Of a stretch of 64,000 nt of DNA, positions 32,466-42,577 are shown piece by piece. Positions within the stretch are counted from its first letter, which is position 1, and every line of letters starts with the position of its first letter. Source of the DNA: Paramoeba atlantica (Eukaryota > Protista > Discosea); assembly GCA_977017575.1 (NCBI GenBank), contig CDRNVI010000070.1, positions 62,001 through 126,000 on the forward strand, in the 5' to 3' direction. A program made the position numbers and the translations under genes. The notes beneath the pieces are model-generated. The model saw only the letters and a program-made list of their open reading frames with translations, was not told where the DNA came from and made no database searches.

Positions 32466-33860
32466 TTGAAGGATAAGTTCAGTGATCTGACGCTTTGGGC
32501 TTACCTAGACGACCTTTCAATCATCGGCCCGGCAGAACGTGTCGCACAGGCGTTTGGCGCTCTCTGTGATCACGCTTCGGGAATAGGACTGGAGGTACAT
32601 CCGGCAAAATGTAAGCTTTCGACGCATTTCAATGACCAGTACGCTCCTTTCAGAGGTATGAACATAGAGCATGCGGAGCAAGGACAAAAGCTCCTAGGTG
32701 CATTCGTCTCCAAGGAAGGCGCGGATGAAACCAGATGGGTAGTCAACCAAATGCCTAAATTGCAGACATTCCTGGATCGGCTGCAACATCTCTCGTTACA
32801 AAGTGCTTACATTTTGCTGAAGAGATGTGGAGTCCCCCGGTGGGACTACCTAATGCGGTGTCATGAGCCGGAGGTAACGGCAAAAGCCAACGTGTTAGCG
32901 GACAAGGCCATACAGGAGTGTGCCTCAGAGCTGCTAGGAGGCTTCGAAGACCTGGAAAAGAACCCGTTTCACAGTACTCTCATGACGGGCGACCTTTTGG
33001 GGGCGAAACCTTTTGCGCAGCAAGCGGCAACTCTGTATTCTCGCACAAAAGCTGAGGTATTAGGGTGTATGGAAAGACGACGTTCTGCCTTGACAAGATA
33101 TGAAGAGTCGAAGTCAGCAGTGCGTAAAGAAACCAGCGAACTACATGACGTCCATTCACTTCAGTTGATGGACAAGAGAAAGCGCAATTGGACAGAGGCG
33201 CGTAGGAATCGGGGTGAGTACTTCATGCGCGACGCAGAATGGCAAACAGCCATGCGCATGCGATACTTGATAGCACCTACTTCGGACCCTTTCGCACAAT
33301 GTGAGTGCGGAGACATCCTCTCAAACAAATATTTTGTTGTGCACGCCCTTGACTGCAATAAAGTCAAAGGCGACACTGAGGCCACTCGCCACAAACTTGT
33401 TAAGAATGCCTTCGTGCACTTGCTACGACAGTACGGATTCACTCCTGACAATCATGAACCCCGATTCTCTGCTGGTCAGGGCCCCGACGTCTGCTTTATG
33501 CTGGGAGGGAAGATATGTCTGGTGGACGTGACCGTCGTTAACCCCCTCGCCCCTTCTTATGTTAAGGCCGAATGGGTAGCGCCTGGCAACACTCTAGAAA
33601 GGGTGGAAAGCTTGTAAGTAAAAGCGCACAGTGACATGGCCACGAAAAGGGGTATGCATTTCTACCCCCTTGCATTTACCGTTTTTGGTGTGGCAGGGAA
33701 GCGCACCGTACTCCTCCTAAAGGAGATCGCAAGGTATACGTATGACAGGAAAGGTTTCCTGCGTCATGCACTACAAGCCATTAATGTGGCTGTTCAAAAA
33801 GGCAACGCCGCGATACTATCCTCCGCGGTAAAAGAGTGGAGGAAGGCGGGTGTCCGCTAA
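32466..33860 (+). mobile_element. 5'-truncated CRE/SLACS-like non-LTR retrotransposon (RT C-terminus, CCHC finger, restriction-like endonuclease), with an in-frame stop
   Basis: WAYLDDLSIIG, GLEVHPAKC, KLLGAFV, CECG..HALDC finger, RHKLV, EP, GPDV, VDVTVVNP. ORFs 32466..33617 and 33636..33860 are in the same frame, separated by TAA at 33615 (ESL*VKAH...FYPLAFTVFG). Confidence 0.85.
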
Positions 33861-33890
33861 TTGAAAATTTACTTATTACAATTCATATTA

Positions 33891-34803
33891 AACCACCGTC
33901 CGGGTTATTATACCTAGGAGGTATAATAAGTGTCCCTAGGTATAATAAGTGTCCCTAGGTATAATAACTTTGCTTTGCAAAAAGGATAAAAAAAATTTCG
34001 CGCCGCTTCGCGGCGCGTTCTTCTTCACATTGCCCACAACAAGTTATGATCCATTTGTAAGTTTCCCTCTCGCGCCTGGGGAAACGTGTGCGAGTGGGGG
34101 GTAAGATTGTTTTCTGGGGGGTCAGGGGTAAAAGAATATGAAATGCCACGAATACATGTATTTTCGTGGTTACTATACCCAAACTGATCAAAATTCTTGA
34201 CAAGGGATGTAATGCAAGCAGATAGTGGCAGACGGTGACAGATGGTGGCAGACAAAACCATACACTTCTGCAGTACATCCAATGTCAATCTGATTTCTTG
34301 GTAAGTTTCCCTCATCAAACGCAACATTGAAATTTACGCGCAGTGAGTGGAAAAGATTGCTGCGACAACAAAGAGCATGCACCAGCATGCTTTTACGTGT
34401 CCAGGAGATGAATTAACCCTTTCGGAGTGTTTATGTTTGGGCGATCGTCCGTAATCCCGTCTTTGTGGCATAAATCAGGGGGGGGATCAGAAAAATTGTA
34501 AAAAATGCAAGATTTTGTCTACCAAAAAACAATGTGATCTATGTGCATTCGAAAATCCAAACGCAGATTACGTGCCTGCACGTTCATGAGCCCTGTTCGA
34601 GTGCTCTCGAATGCGCTATAACTTTCCAAAATGGGCCAAGTTTTACAAATTTTAGTCCCCTTTAATCAAAGTTTACTGTCCTGTAAGTTCTGCACCCGCC
34701 TCTGAAGGTAGGGGGGGGGAGGTATAATAAGGACCCTAGGGACACTTATTATACCTAGGAGGTACAATAGGTGTCCCTAGGTATAATAACCCGGACGGTG
34801 GTT
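33891..34803. mobile_element. Non-autonomous TIR element (MITE-like, about 913 bp) with 28-bp perfect TIRs and TA flanks
   Basis: aaccaccgtccgggttattatacctagg (33891-33918) is the exact reverse complement of 34776-34803; TA at 33889-33890 and 34804-34805; subterminal cctaggtataataagtgtc repeats at both ends. Confidence 0.88.
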
Positions 34804-34994
34804 TACATTCTATTTTTTTTTTGGACCTTAAAGATACGTGCGCGCTACGAAAGTCAGATTCTTTATATCAGTTGGAATATAACAACCTCCCCCAATGGAC
34901 CTACGTGGTTCGTGTACTGGGCTTATAGAGGCAAAAAAAGAAGGCAAAATGCCCTTTGCATTCGCAAAACAAATCATGTAACCCCGGGAACGGT

Positions 34995-35365
34995 ATATTA
35001 TTTAAATCGTTATTTAAATAATACAGTGTTATTTAAATAATATAGTGTTAAAGTTTCTAAAATATTTTAAATAATATACAGTAGCGTCAACGCTATAATA
35101 TTTAAATAGGGGAAAAACGCAAGTAAAATTGTGGTCTTTAGAAGTACGCACCGTAGGTTAACGGGCTTTTACGGTGTTATAGAGCACTTAAAATGTTGAA
35201 AAAAAAGGATTTTAGCCTATTGTTCTAGGTATTGCCAAAGAATTCTAGGTATTTCCAAAGAAATGTCTCGACAAGTAGGCCCGCCATAATGGGAAAATTT
35301 CGCCATTTAAATAAATAATATAGTGTCATTTCATAAATAATATAGTGTCATTTAAATAAAAAATA
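34995..35365. repeat. AT-rich dispersed repeat taaataatatagtgt (about 5 copies) plus a 20-bp tandem ttctaggtatt(g/t)ccaaagaa
   Basis: The motif recurs at about 35015-35050, 35070 and 35310-35350; the tandem is at about 35224-35263. Confidence 0.6.
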
Positions 35366-35394
35366 ATATTACCGAAATATAGAATAGTTTTCAG

Positions 35395-35469
35395 CATGAT
35401 GATATCGATGATATTTCCCTGCTTATTTGAAGCAAGCATGATATTCGACGCATACTCATATCTGAGAAT
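35395..35469 (+). repeat. About 75-bp repeat, copy 1 (copy 2 at 39355-39431)
   Basis: The core catgatgata..gatgatatttccctgcttatttga.gcaagcatga and the end tatctgagaat are shared with 39355-39431. Confidence 0.8.
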
Positions 35470-35556
35470 ACAGTCCAGGCCACAGAGTACACCGTGAGAG
35501 CTTTTGACCTAATTCCTTCGGCAATCGACAGATCTTCAGGGGCTGCGGGTGGGGAT

Positions 35557-35622
35557 TCGGTGCGGTCTCGGCGCGGCCTCGGTGCGGTCTCGGCGCGGCC
35601 TCGGTGCGGTCTCGGTGCGGCG
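35557..35622 (+). repeat. 11-bp tandem repeat tcgg(t/c)gcgg(t/c)c x6
   Basis: Six consecutive units counted by eye; the same unit recurs at 38085-38117. Confidence 0.9.
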
Positions 35623-35955
35623 TACGCACTTATCTCAGTGCAAGAACAGAAAGTGTGGAAAAGGTGGGGAGTGGGGGCAGGGGCGTAGAAGGCGAAGGCG
35701 AGGCTACATGAATCCGGACATAGTTGGAGAGGAAATCTCAATGAAATTTACGGTTATTAACAAATCTGTACGGTTAGTAACAAATCTACTAAAAGGAATA
35801 TACGCGTGATTTTACCAAAGAAAGGGGTAACCCTGATACACTCATTTATAACTACAAATTTATCACGAGCCTTGAACGTAAATATTTTTCTTTTTGGTGT
35901 ACACCCCCTAGGCCCACCGGAAGCCTACCCCCCCCCCGCCCATAAGTAAATAAAA

Positions 35956-36941
35956 TTACTTAGCACACTTATTTGATTTTTTAGGCTCATAGGCAACGCC
36001 ATCTATATTTTCCTTAAGCCACTCTCTGCAGCTTTCGATACCATCAACTACACCGCACCCTTTACTACATAAACACTCACCTTCATCACTTGTAGATTTC
36101 AAACTTAAATTTATAATCGAATCGAAAACATACTGCGGCTGAGTAGCCAGCAGTCCATACGTAACTACAGAAACAATTTGAAAAGCGTCTCTGACCCATG
36201 ATGTATCATGATCAGTACCATGAAGAAAACGAAACTTGTCGAAATGTGCAAAACGTCGCTCAATTCGAGAGCGAATCAGTGAAATCCTTTCATTCACACG
36301 TTTTTCATCATCGGTGAGACCACGGCCAGTTTTCTTATAGGGTACAAGGCAGTGCGCACAACCTATGTACCCTAGATCGGCCAAGAACATTTCATCTTCG
36401 TGGTGAGTGAACAGCGGAGTACGATGCACACTAGTACTCATATAAATTTTGGCATCATGCATGCTGCCAACAACTGGTCCGCGAAAGAAGAATGGAACTC
36501 CGGCCAGAGTTAGCCAAACTTCCACCTTGAAGCAGTGCTGCCGGTGCTTTCCCGAATAGGTGCTACCTCGGGTGGTTCCATCAGGTGCTTCTCTCGGTTT
36601 TCTTGCACGACATGGGATCGTCGTGACGTCCAGCATGCAGGTTACGTCAGATAACCATGATACTCCCTGGGTAAACCGTGGCTCGGGGTTCATGAACAGG
36701 GGTGAACGGCACAGCTCACACGAGTAAAATCATCCTGGAGAGTCCGAATTGAAATCAACGGGGCGTCCGGTGAGAGCCACGCCCTTTGGACATCGTACAA
36801 CTGTTCCCATGCGCAATTCAGAGAACAGATGCACAATGATGACTGACCACGACGGTAATCAGTCTCCGTAACATCGGATCCATGCACACGTCGGAGCTCG
36901 TTGTAGAACTCCCGCACCTGTGCTGCCGAGATGCCAAACAT
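35956..36941 (-). pseudogene. DDE_Tnp_4 (Harbinger/ISL2EU/IS5-like) transposase split into ORFs 36690..36941 and 35956..36693
   Basis: LDVTTIP, YSGKHRQHCFKV, GSMHDAKI, LADLGYIG, VPYKK..LTDDEK..N and RSRIERRF give the DDE triad; the upstream 83-aa ORF overlaps by ATGA next to a CCCC run and probably encodes the N-terminal part. Confidence 0.85.
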
Positions 36942-37245
36942 AGAGAGAGAATGAAACGATTGAAGGAAATTTCGATTTAAAAGCAGAATAAGTAGGGTTG
37001 TATTTTATTATTGGGCGGAAATATTTTAGCATGTACTTGTAATTAGTGGAATGAAATAACAATTAGTGGAATGAGCTAGTAATTAGGGAAAATCGAACAG
37101 AACAGTAGTGGGGACGAAATTGCCTTACCTTACCTTGCCTTCTAACTTGCCTTATTACCTTCTTTACCATCTCATTACCGTCTTACCTTCGTAAGACCTT
37201 GTTACCGTCTTACCTTCGTACTTTCTCGTCTCATGTGGAGCACAC

Positions 37246-37890
37246 CTATAAGGCCGGGAAACGAATCGAATGATCCGAAGTAGCGATCGGGCTGGCCACC
37301 GAATACGAGGGAGGATTGTATTCTGGGGGTGGTGGTGAGACTTCAGCCCCGCTGCTTGATTCATTTTGACGAGAAGCGGTCCGCTTGCGCTGACGCCACT
37401 GCTGGCAAACGAGAGACCGCTTCCCGGAAAAAGAGCACCGCACGCTGTCCACAAAGTCGCCCACTTCACCTTGGTGATGGGGGGAAAAGAGAGGGTCTTT
37501 TTGAAGGTACGCTTCAAGGTCGGCGGTTGCCTCTCCAAGGAAGTACGCGCTCCGGGGGCGGACGCTCAGAAGCAGATGGCCCCGGCCGTCAACCAAGTGG
37601 AACAGGACGCGAGTCACGATGCACGAGGTCAAGTTAATGCCACACACAGAGCGTGCAACATGTAGGAAGTTGTCCATCGTGCATGACACGCGCCCTTCGA
37701 GTTCATCCACTTTACTACTGAGCTCTGCATTGCTTATCTCCAAACGTGGCTTGGAGAAAACGTCGGGCCTCTTCGTAAAGACCCGGATCGTCGAAGCCTT
37801 GATGACATCGAAGAGTTTGTCTTCGGCACTTGTCTCAGGCTCAAGAGAAGTCAATCGCTCTTGCAATGCGTCATTGCTCTCGATAGTCAT
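37246..37890 (-). CDS. Second ORF of the 3.4-kb transposon, 214-aa hypothetical protein
   Basis: ATG-initiated, inside the TIRs, same orientation as the transposase, and preceded on the minus strand by a long pyrimidine tract (about 37895-37990). Confidence 0.55.
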   Translation of the reverse strand: MTIESNDALQERLTSLEPETSAEDKLFDVIKASTIRVFTKRPDVFSKPRLEISNAELSSKVDELEGRVSCTMDNFLHVARSVCGINLTSCIVTRVLFHLVDGRGHLLLSVRPRSAYFLGEATADLEAYLQKDPLFSPHHQGEVGDFVDSVRCSFSGKRSLVCQQWRQRKRTASRQNESSSGAEVSPPPPEYNPPSYSVASPIATSDHSIRFPAL

Positions 37891-38084
37891 AAAAATTTAG
37901 GAGCAAAATTTACAGCAAAAGAAAACCGCGCTGTTGTTAGTAAAAAGGATGAAAATGATTCAGAGAAAGAAACAAAGAAAAATATAGCTAGAAGCGTACA
38001 CCGAATTCGAAATTCCACTTAAAAATAAAAACAAATGTAAACTTTTGGCTGTTTTTCTATCTCTCCCCATCGAAAATACGAACC

Positions 38085-38117
38085 GCGGTCTCGGTGCGGT
38101 CTCGGTGCGGTCTCGGT
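38085..38117 (+). repeat. Second array of the 11-bp tcggtgcggtc repeat (about 3 units)
   Basis: gcggtc tcggtgcggtc tcggtgcggtc tcggt, in direct orientation relative to 35557-35622. Confidence 0.85.
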
Positions 38118-39354
38118 CGAAGTACCCGCAGTCCCTCTCTTGAAAAAGTAGAACGTTTTCCGTTTTTTTTTCATCCGAGGAGACCCCTAGACCCCCTGTG
38201 TACACTCCCAAAGTTGGGTTTTTTCCCTTAAAAAATAGTTCTTTTAGACGAAAAAAATGAAAAAAATCATCAGAAAATACTTATTTGAAGGGACAAACCA
38301 GTACCCTGTATGACCCCCCTTTACACGCTGCATAATTTAAATGCGTTTGGTCACTAAATTCATACAATTCAGAACCTGACGCTGATAGGGACTTTGCTTA
38401 ATCACCAAAAAAGCTTTTTTAATGGCCACCCGAAGCTCTTACTCATTTTCAGGCTTTAAAATTTCTTTAACTAAATTTCTTTTTGGACTGACGAGTGATT
38501 TCAAGAGTTCGCATTGAGCTATCTTGTGCGTAATTTGGGGGTTTTCGTTCGGGGGCGTGTTGGAATAAGATTCTCAGTAGATTTAACAGGGGTTTTCCGC
38601 AATAGCATGTTGATGAGATACGGTTTTATAGCAAGAAACACCTAAAAATTGAACTTTTCGCGAAATATTTCAGAATAATTCTCATTTTTCCATGTTTTCT
38701 TTTTACCCGTTACTCATGTGGGGGGCTCCACATGTGAAAAAAATACGGGAAACATTCCACTTTTTTAATATCTGTCGAATGCCAAAGGAATTAGGTCAAA
38801 AGCTCTTACGGTGTACTCTGTGGCCTAGGGGGCTGACAATGTGGCCTGGACTGTATGCTTACTGTGCTCTCGTTTAATAGAGACCCCCTGAGACCCCCCC
38901 TTTAATAGAGAGAGAAAATAAAAGATCATGATAAGTTGAAAAATGACGAAGCATGATAAATAATCCTCCCACTCAACCTTCATCTTTTCCCCTCCTGAAA
39001 ATGGTTATCTTTATCTCTATCTCTGGACACCTATTGCTCCCAAAAATTGACACAGTGACAAGAACGTTATAAAACTAATTTGTATCTTAAATATTATACC
39101 TGTAAAATCTAAAGAGGCGGGTGACAGTAATGCACACATCATATGCGTCAGGGGGAAAGGGAGAAAGCGACTCCCGTCAAACAATAAAGATGCTGCTTCA
39201 CATGCAAGGCTATGGCTTGCATGTTAGCATTTTTTTATTCCAGACCCTTTTCACCCCTCCCATTTTATTATGAACAAAAGCCGAAAAAGTGTCCATAATA
39301 AGGGGCGTCACAGTATTACAACTTTTAGTAAATAACTTTTAAACACCTTCCAAT

Positions 39355-39431
39355 CATGATGATAAAGATGATATTTCCCTGCTTATTTGACGCAAGCATG
39401 ACATTCGCTACATAATAAAATATCTGAGAAT
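39355..39431 (+). repeat. About 75-bp repeat, copy 2
   Basis: Homologous to 35395-35469. Confidence 0.8.
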
Positions 39432-39785
39432 CCCAGAAACTAAACACTAAAAACATCACCTTGAAGGTCACACGACTTGTTCTACACTGTAGTGCGCTAC
39501 TTATCCTAGTACGTTACTTATCTTCAAACTGCCTGTTTTGGAGGCGGAATGCGGGATATCTATTGTACATATCTATTGTACAAACATATATAAACCCCTC
39601 GACACGATAAGGCCCCCCCTCTAAAGTCAGTATGGTAAGTCCGTTTGAGTAAATTCTTGTGGCATTTTGCAGATCTCAGTAAATAGACTTTGTGCACCTC
39701 GTAAACTTATCCCGGGGTGAATAAGGTAGAATATGAATTGGCGATTACCATTTTTTTGCCTTTTTACTTCTATGCTTTACCTGTA

Positions 39786-39866
39786 TAGTCCAGGTCACGA
39801 TAATCTAATCAGGCCACAGAGAGTAGCGTAATAGCTTTTCATCTAATTCCTTCGACATTCGACAGA
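39786..39866 (+). mobile_element. Degenerate solo left end of the 3.4-kb transposon family
   Basis: ta|tagtccaggtcac...caggccacagagagtagcgtaatagcttttcatctaattccttcgacattcgacaga aligns with 35471-35532. Confidence 0.75.
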
Positions 39867-40679
39867 AAGGGAATAAATAAGCCATTTCGCGTATTTGTTT
39901 CATCTGTATAGTCCCCTAGCCCCCCAGTACCTCCTAGATCATGATTTTCCCTTTGAAAAATAGATCCTTTTGGCAGAAAAAAATTAAGAAACTCACCCGT
40001 TGTACTCATTAGAAAAGGTTAACCAGGGGGAAAACCGCCCGATTTTGCTTAATCTTCCTGCAATGTATCTAGCGCTGCAGTCTCCATCAATATCTTTAGT
40101 AGAAATGATTTGTTCACATTTTTTGTTCGGCCTATTTTTTTTTCTGTGCTAATATGTCGATTAGGTGTCTTTTTGCTTTCGGATATCTTTGCATGCATTT
40201 CACAGAAATATTAAGGTTTCGTGCCAGTTACTTCGGGACACTGTCCTCGAAAATTTGGTACAATAGTATTTTCCCTAGGGTGTCAATAAATTTTTGAAAC
40301 TATTTTTTTCAAAGTTTCAAAATAGTCTAAAGACCCCGGGGACGCACAGATCTCAATTCTGAACGAAAAAGTGGTGCTGCAACCCCCATGGGTCCCCGCG
40401 CGCGAAAAACAAGGGGGGGTGCCTTATTCTTGAGTGGTTTAGTTGTATATTTAAATTTAACATAGACATTTAACAATTTAATAAATTGTTAAATGCAGTA
40501 TATAAAATATAAATGTTGTATAATGTACGTATAACATGGGAATGAACCAAATGGGTTTGATTTAACTTCGTGAATACCTGATTGATGCGTGAATGGCCAA
40601 AAGTTCCGCTTCTAACATTACCATTTTTTTGTATATTTTAAAATGCAGGCATTTTCTAAAAATCGTTTTAGTGCTATCT

Positions 40680-41849
40680 ATGATTGTTGACGGTTCGACA
40701 CCGACACCAGACGCAGAGGGAGTTATCCATCAGTTTGAGGATTTTCAACTTCGTAGCGATCTCTTAAAGGGCCTCTTTGCCTACGGATATGCAAAGCCAA
40801 GCCTTATCCAACAGCGTACGCTACTCTCCGTCGCACAAGGCCGCGACGTTCTGGCTCAAGCACAGTCGGGTACGGGCAAGACCTCCATGTTTGTTCTTGG
40901 CATTCTGCAACGTCTCGACACGAATCTTAGGGAAACCCAGGCACTTGTTTTGAATCCAACTCGAGAGCTTGCCCTTCAGACACGTACGCTTTGCCTAGCG
41001 CTGGGAGACTTCATGGCAGTGACGGCCCATGCGGTGATTGGGGGTAAGAGTATGACAGAGGACATGATGCGTCTGGAGAGTGGGGTACAAGTTGTGAGTG
41101 GAACTCCCGGGAGAGTTTTTGACATGCTAAAGAGGAAATGTCTTCGCGTGCGGAATATCAGACTTTTTGTTCTTGATGAGGCAGATGAGATGTTGGATAG
41201 GGGATTTAAGGAACAAGTCTATGCATGTTACTCTTATTTACCACAAATAGTTCAAATTGTGTTTGTTTCGGCTACACTTACGCAAGCCACATTAGAGTTG
41301 GTTGAAAAGGTAATGACTGATCCTGTTAGGGTTCTGGTAAAGCGAGATGAGCTGGCACTTGAGGAGATTAAGCAATATTTTGTTCCGATCGAACGCCAGG
41401 AATGGAAGTACGACACTCTGAAAGATTTGTATGAATCTCTGCACACATCTCACTCCGTAATTTTTCTGAATACTCGAGAACGTGTGACCTGGTTGGGAAT
41501 GAAGCTTCAACGTGACCACTTTAGTGTTTCTATGATTCATGGTGAAATGCCCCAGGCTGAGAGAGATCGTATTATACAAGATTTTCGAAACGGTGTTACT
41601 CGAGTTTTACTTACCACAGATGTCCTTGCCAGAGGTATTGATGTGCAACAGGTTACTCTTGTGGTCAATTTTGACCTACCAAAGAATCGCGAGACATACT
41701 TGCATCGCATTGGTAGGACAGGTCGATTCGCCAGAAAAGGAATAGCAATAAATTTCGTTTGCGGTAACGAAGAATCACAGCTCTTAAGAGATATTGAACA
41801 ATTCTATGGTACGCAGATTGAGGAAATGCCGATGGTCACTGAAGATTGA
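40680..41849 (+). CDS. EIF4A3: DEAD-box helicase eIF4A-III (FAL1/DDX48), exon junction complex
   Basis: [71 protein letters not shown] and [11 protein letters not shown]; the [15 protein letters not shown] and KRDEL motifs favour 4A-III over 4A-I; likely start ATG 40680. Confidence 0.85.
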   Translation: MIVDGSTPTPDAEGVIHQFEDFQLRSDLLKGLFAYGYAKPSLIQQRTLLSVAQGRDVLAQAQSGTGKTSMFVLGILQRLDTNLRETQALVLNPTRELALQTRTLCLALGDFMAVTAHAVIGGKSMTEDMMRLESGVQVVSGTPGRVFDMLKRKCLRVRNIRLFVLDEADEMLDRGFKEQVYACYSYLPQIVQIVFVSATLTQATLELVEKVMTDPVRVLVKRDELALEEIKQYFVPIERQEWKYDTLKDLYESLHTSHSVIFLNTRERVTWLGMKLQRDHFSVSMIHGEMPQAERDRIIQDFRNGVTRVLLTTDVLARGIDVQQVTLVVNFDLPKNRETYLHRIGRTGRFARKGIAINFVCGNEESQLLRDIEQFYGTQIEEMPMVTED

Positions 41850-42295
41850 GCAACCACTAGTTTTAGCACTGCGGCACCGAATGCACAAGTAGTGCCTTTG
41901 CTCTTGGATTCTGTGACAATATTGATACATTGGAATATTAGACACATTGTGTCCACGATTTCTAAAGGCAATTCAAGACATATTATTTACGAGTTACATA
42001 TTATTTACGATTCACTAATCTTTTTCTTACTAGCTCAGTTCTCACGTGTCATAAAGAAAACAGATATAATGAGTCCGTCAAAGCTGCTCTCAGAAAGAGG
42101 AATGGATGAGAGAAAGCGGATTCTGACAAACCCATTCAATGAAAGATTCCACAAAGTATAATTTCCCTTTTGAAAGACGTGTGATTTTACACTTCAAAAA
42201 GTTGAGTGAACGAAAAATAATTTCTTTTGTTATTCTTATACCACTACCTGCACGAATGTAGCAATCCTTAGACCTGTGGTGTGACCTGCATTCCG

Positions 42296-42577
42296 ATGGT
42301 TTCAGACGCCGTATTCGGTATTGTCCTTTATTACGGTTCCATCGCGTTCTACGTCTACTATCTGCTGTGGGTCATCATCACACCTTTTATCAATTTGACT
42401 CATCCTTGGATGGATTACTTTCCACCAATGGAATATAGCTACCTCCCTCACGCTTTTTTGGTGTCTTTTTTAGTGTTGTTGACTACAACGGTAGCTGTTC
42501 TTGCGAATATGAGGGAGTGTATTGATATCCATTACGCGGCACGCATACCTACGAGAGTTTCCAAGCTAGCGGTGTAA
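42296..42577 (+). CDS. DPM2: Dolichol-phosphate mannosyltransferase regulatory subunit DPM2
   Basis: D..FG..L...S..FYVYYLLWVIITPF...HP...YFPP.EY, two TM helices; ATG 42296. Confidence 0.8.
   Translation: MVSDAVFGIVLYYGSIAFYVYYLLWVIITPFINLTHPWMDYFPPMEYSYLPHAFLVSFLVLLTTTVAVLANMRECIDIHYAARIPTRVSKLAV

Larger units (their letters stand above)
35471..38853 (-). mobile_element. About 3.4-kb DNA transposon with ~62-bp TIRs carrying a PIF/Harbinger-ISL2EU/IS5-like transposase and a second ORF
   Basis: 35471-35532 (cagtccaggccacagagtacaccg...gacaga) is inverted at 38771-38853, where the right copy has a 21-bp insert; flanks are ATA|CAG...CTG|TAT; the internal genes are on the minus strand. Confidence 0.8.

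Noticed and set aside
34025-34388. ORFs inside the 0.9-kb TIR element as a transposase
   Set aside because: They are short and show no DDE, HTH or other motifs in any frame I translated.
35395-35466. C/D-box snoRNA (ATGATGA...CTGA), with a second copy at 39355-39427
   Set aside because: The putative guide just upstream of box D differs between the copies while the middle is conserved, there is no terminal stem, and both copies lie in transposon debris. I kept it only as a repeat.
38200-40590. tRNA, snRNA or SL RNA genes in the long non-coding stretch
   Set aside because: I found no cloverleaf, A/B boxes or full SL exon motif by eye; tRNAscan-SE and Infernal would be needed to exclude them formally.
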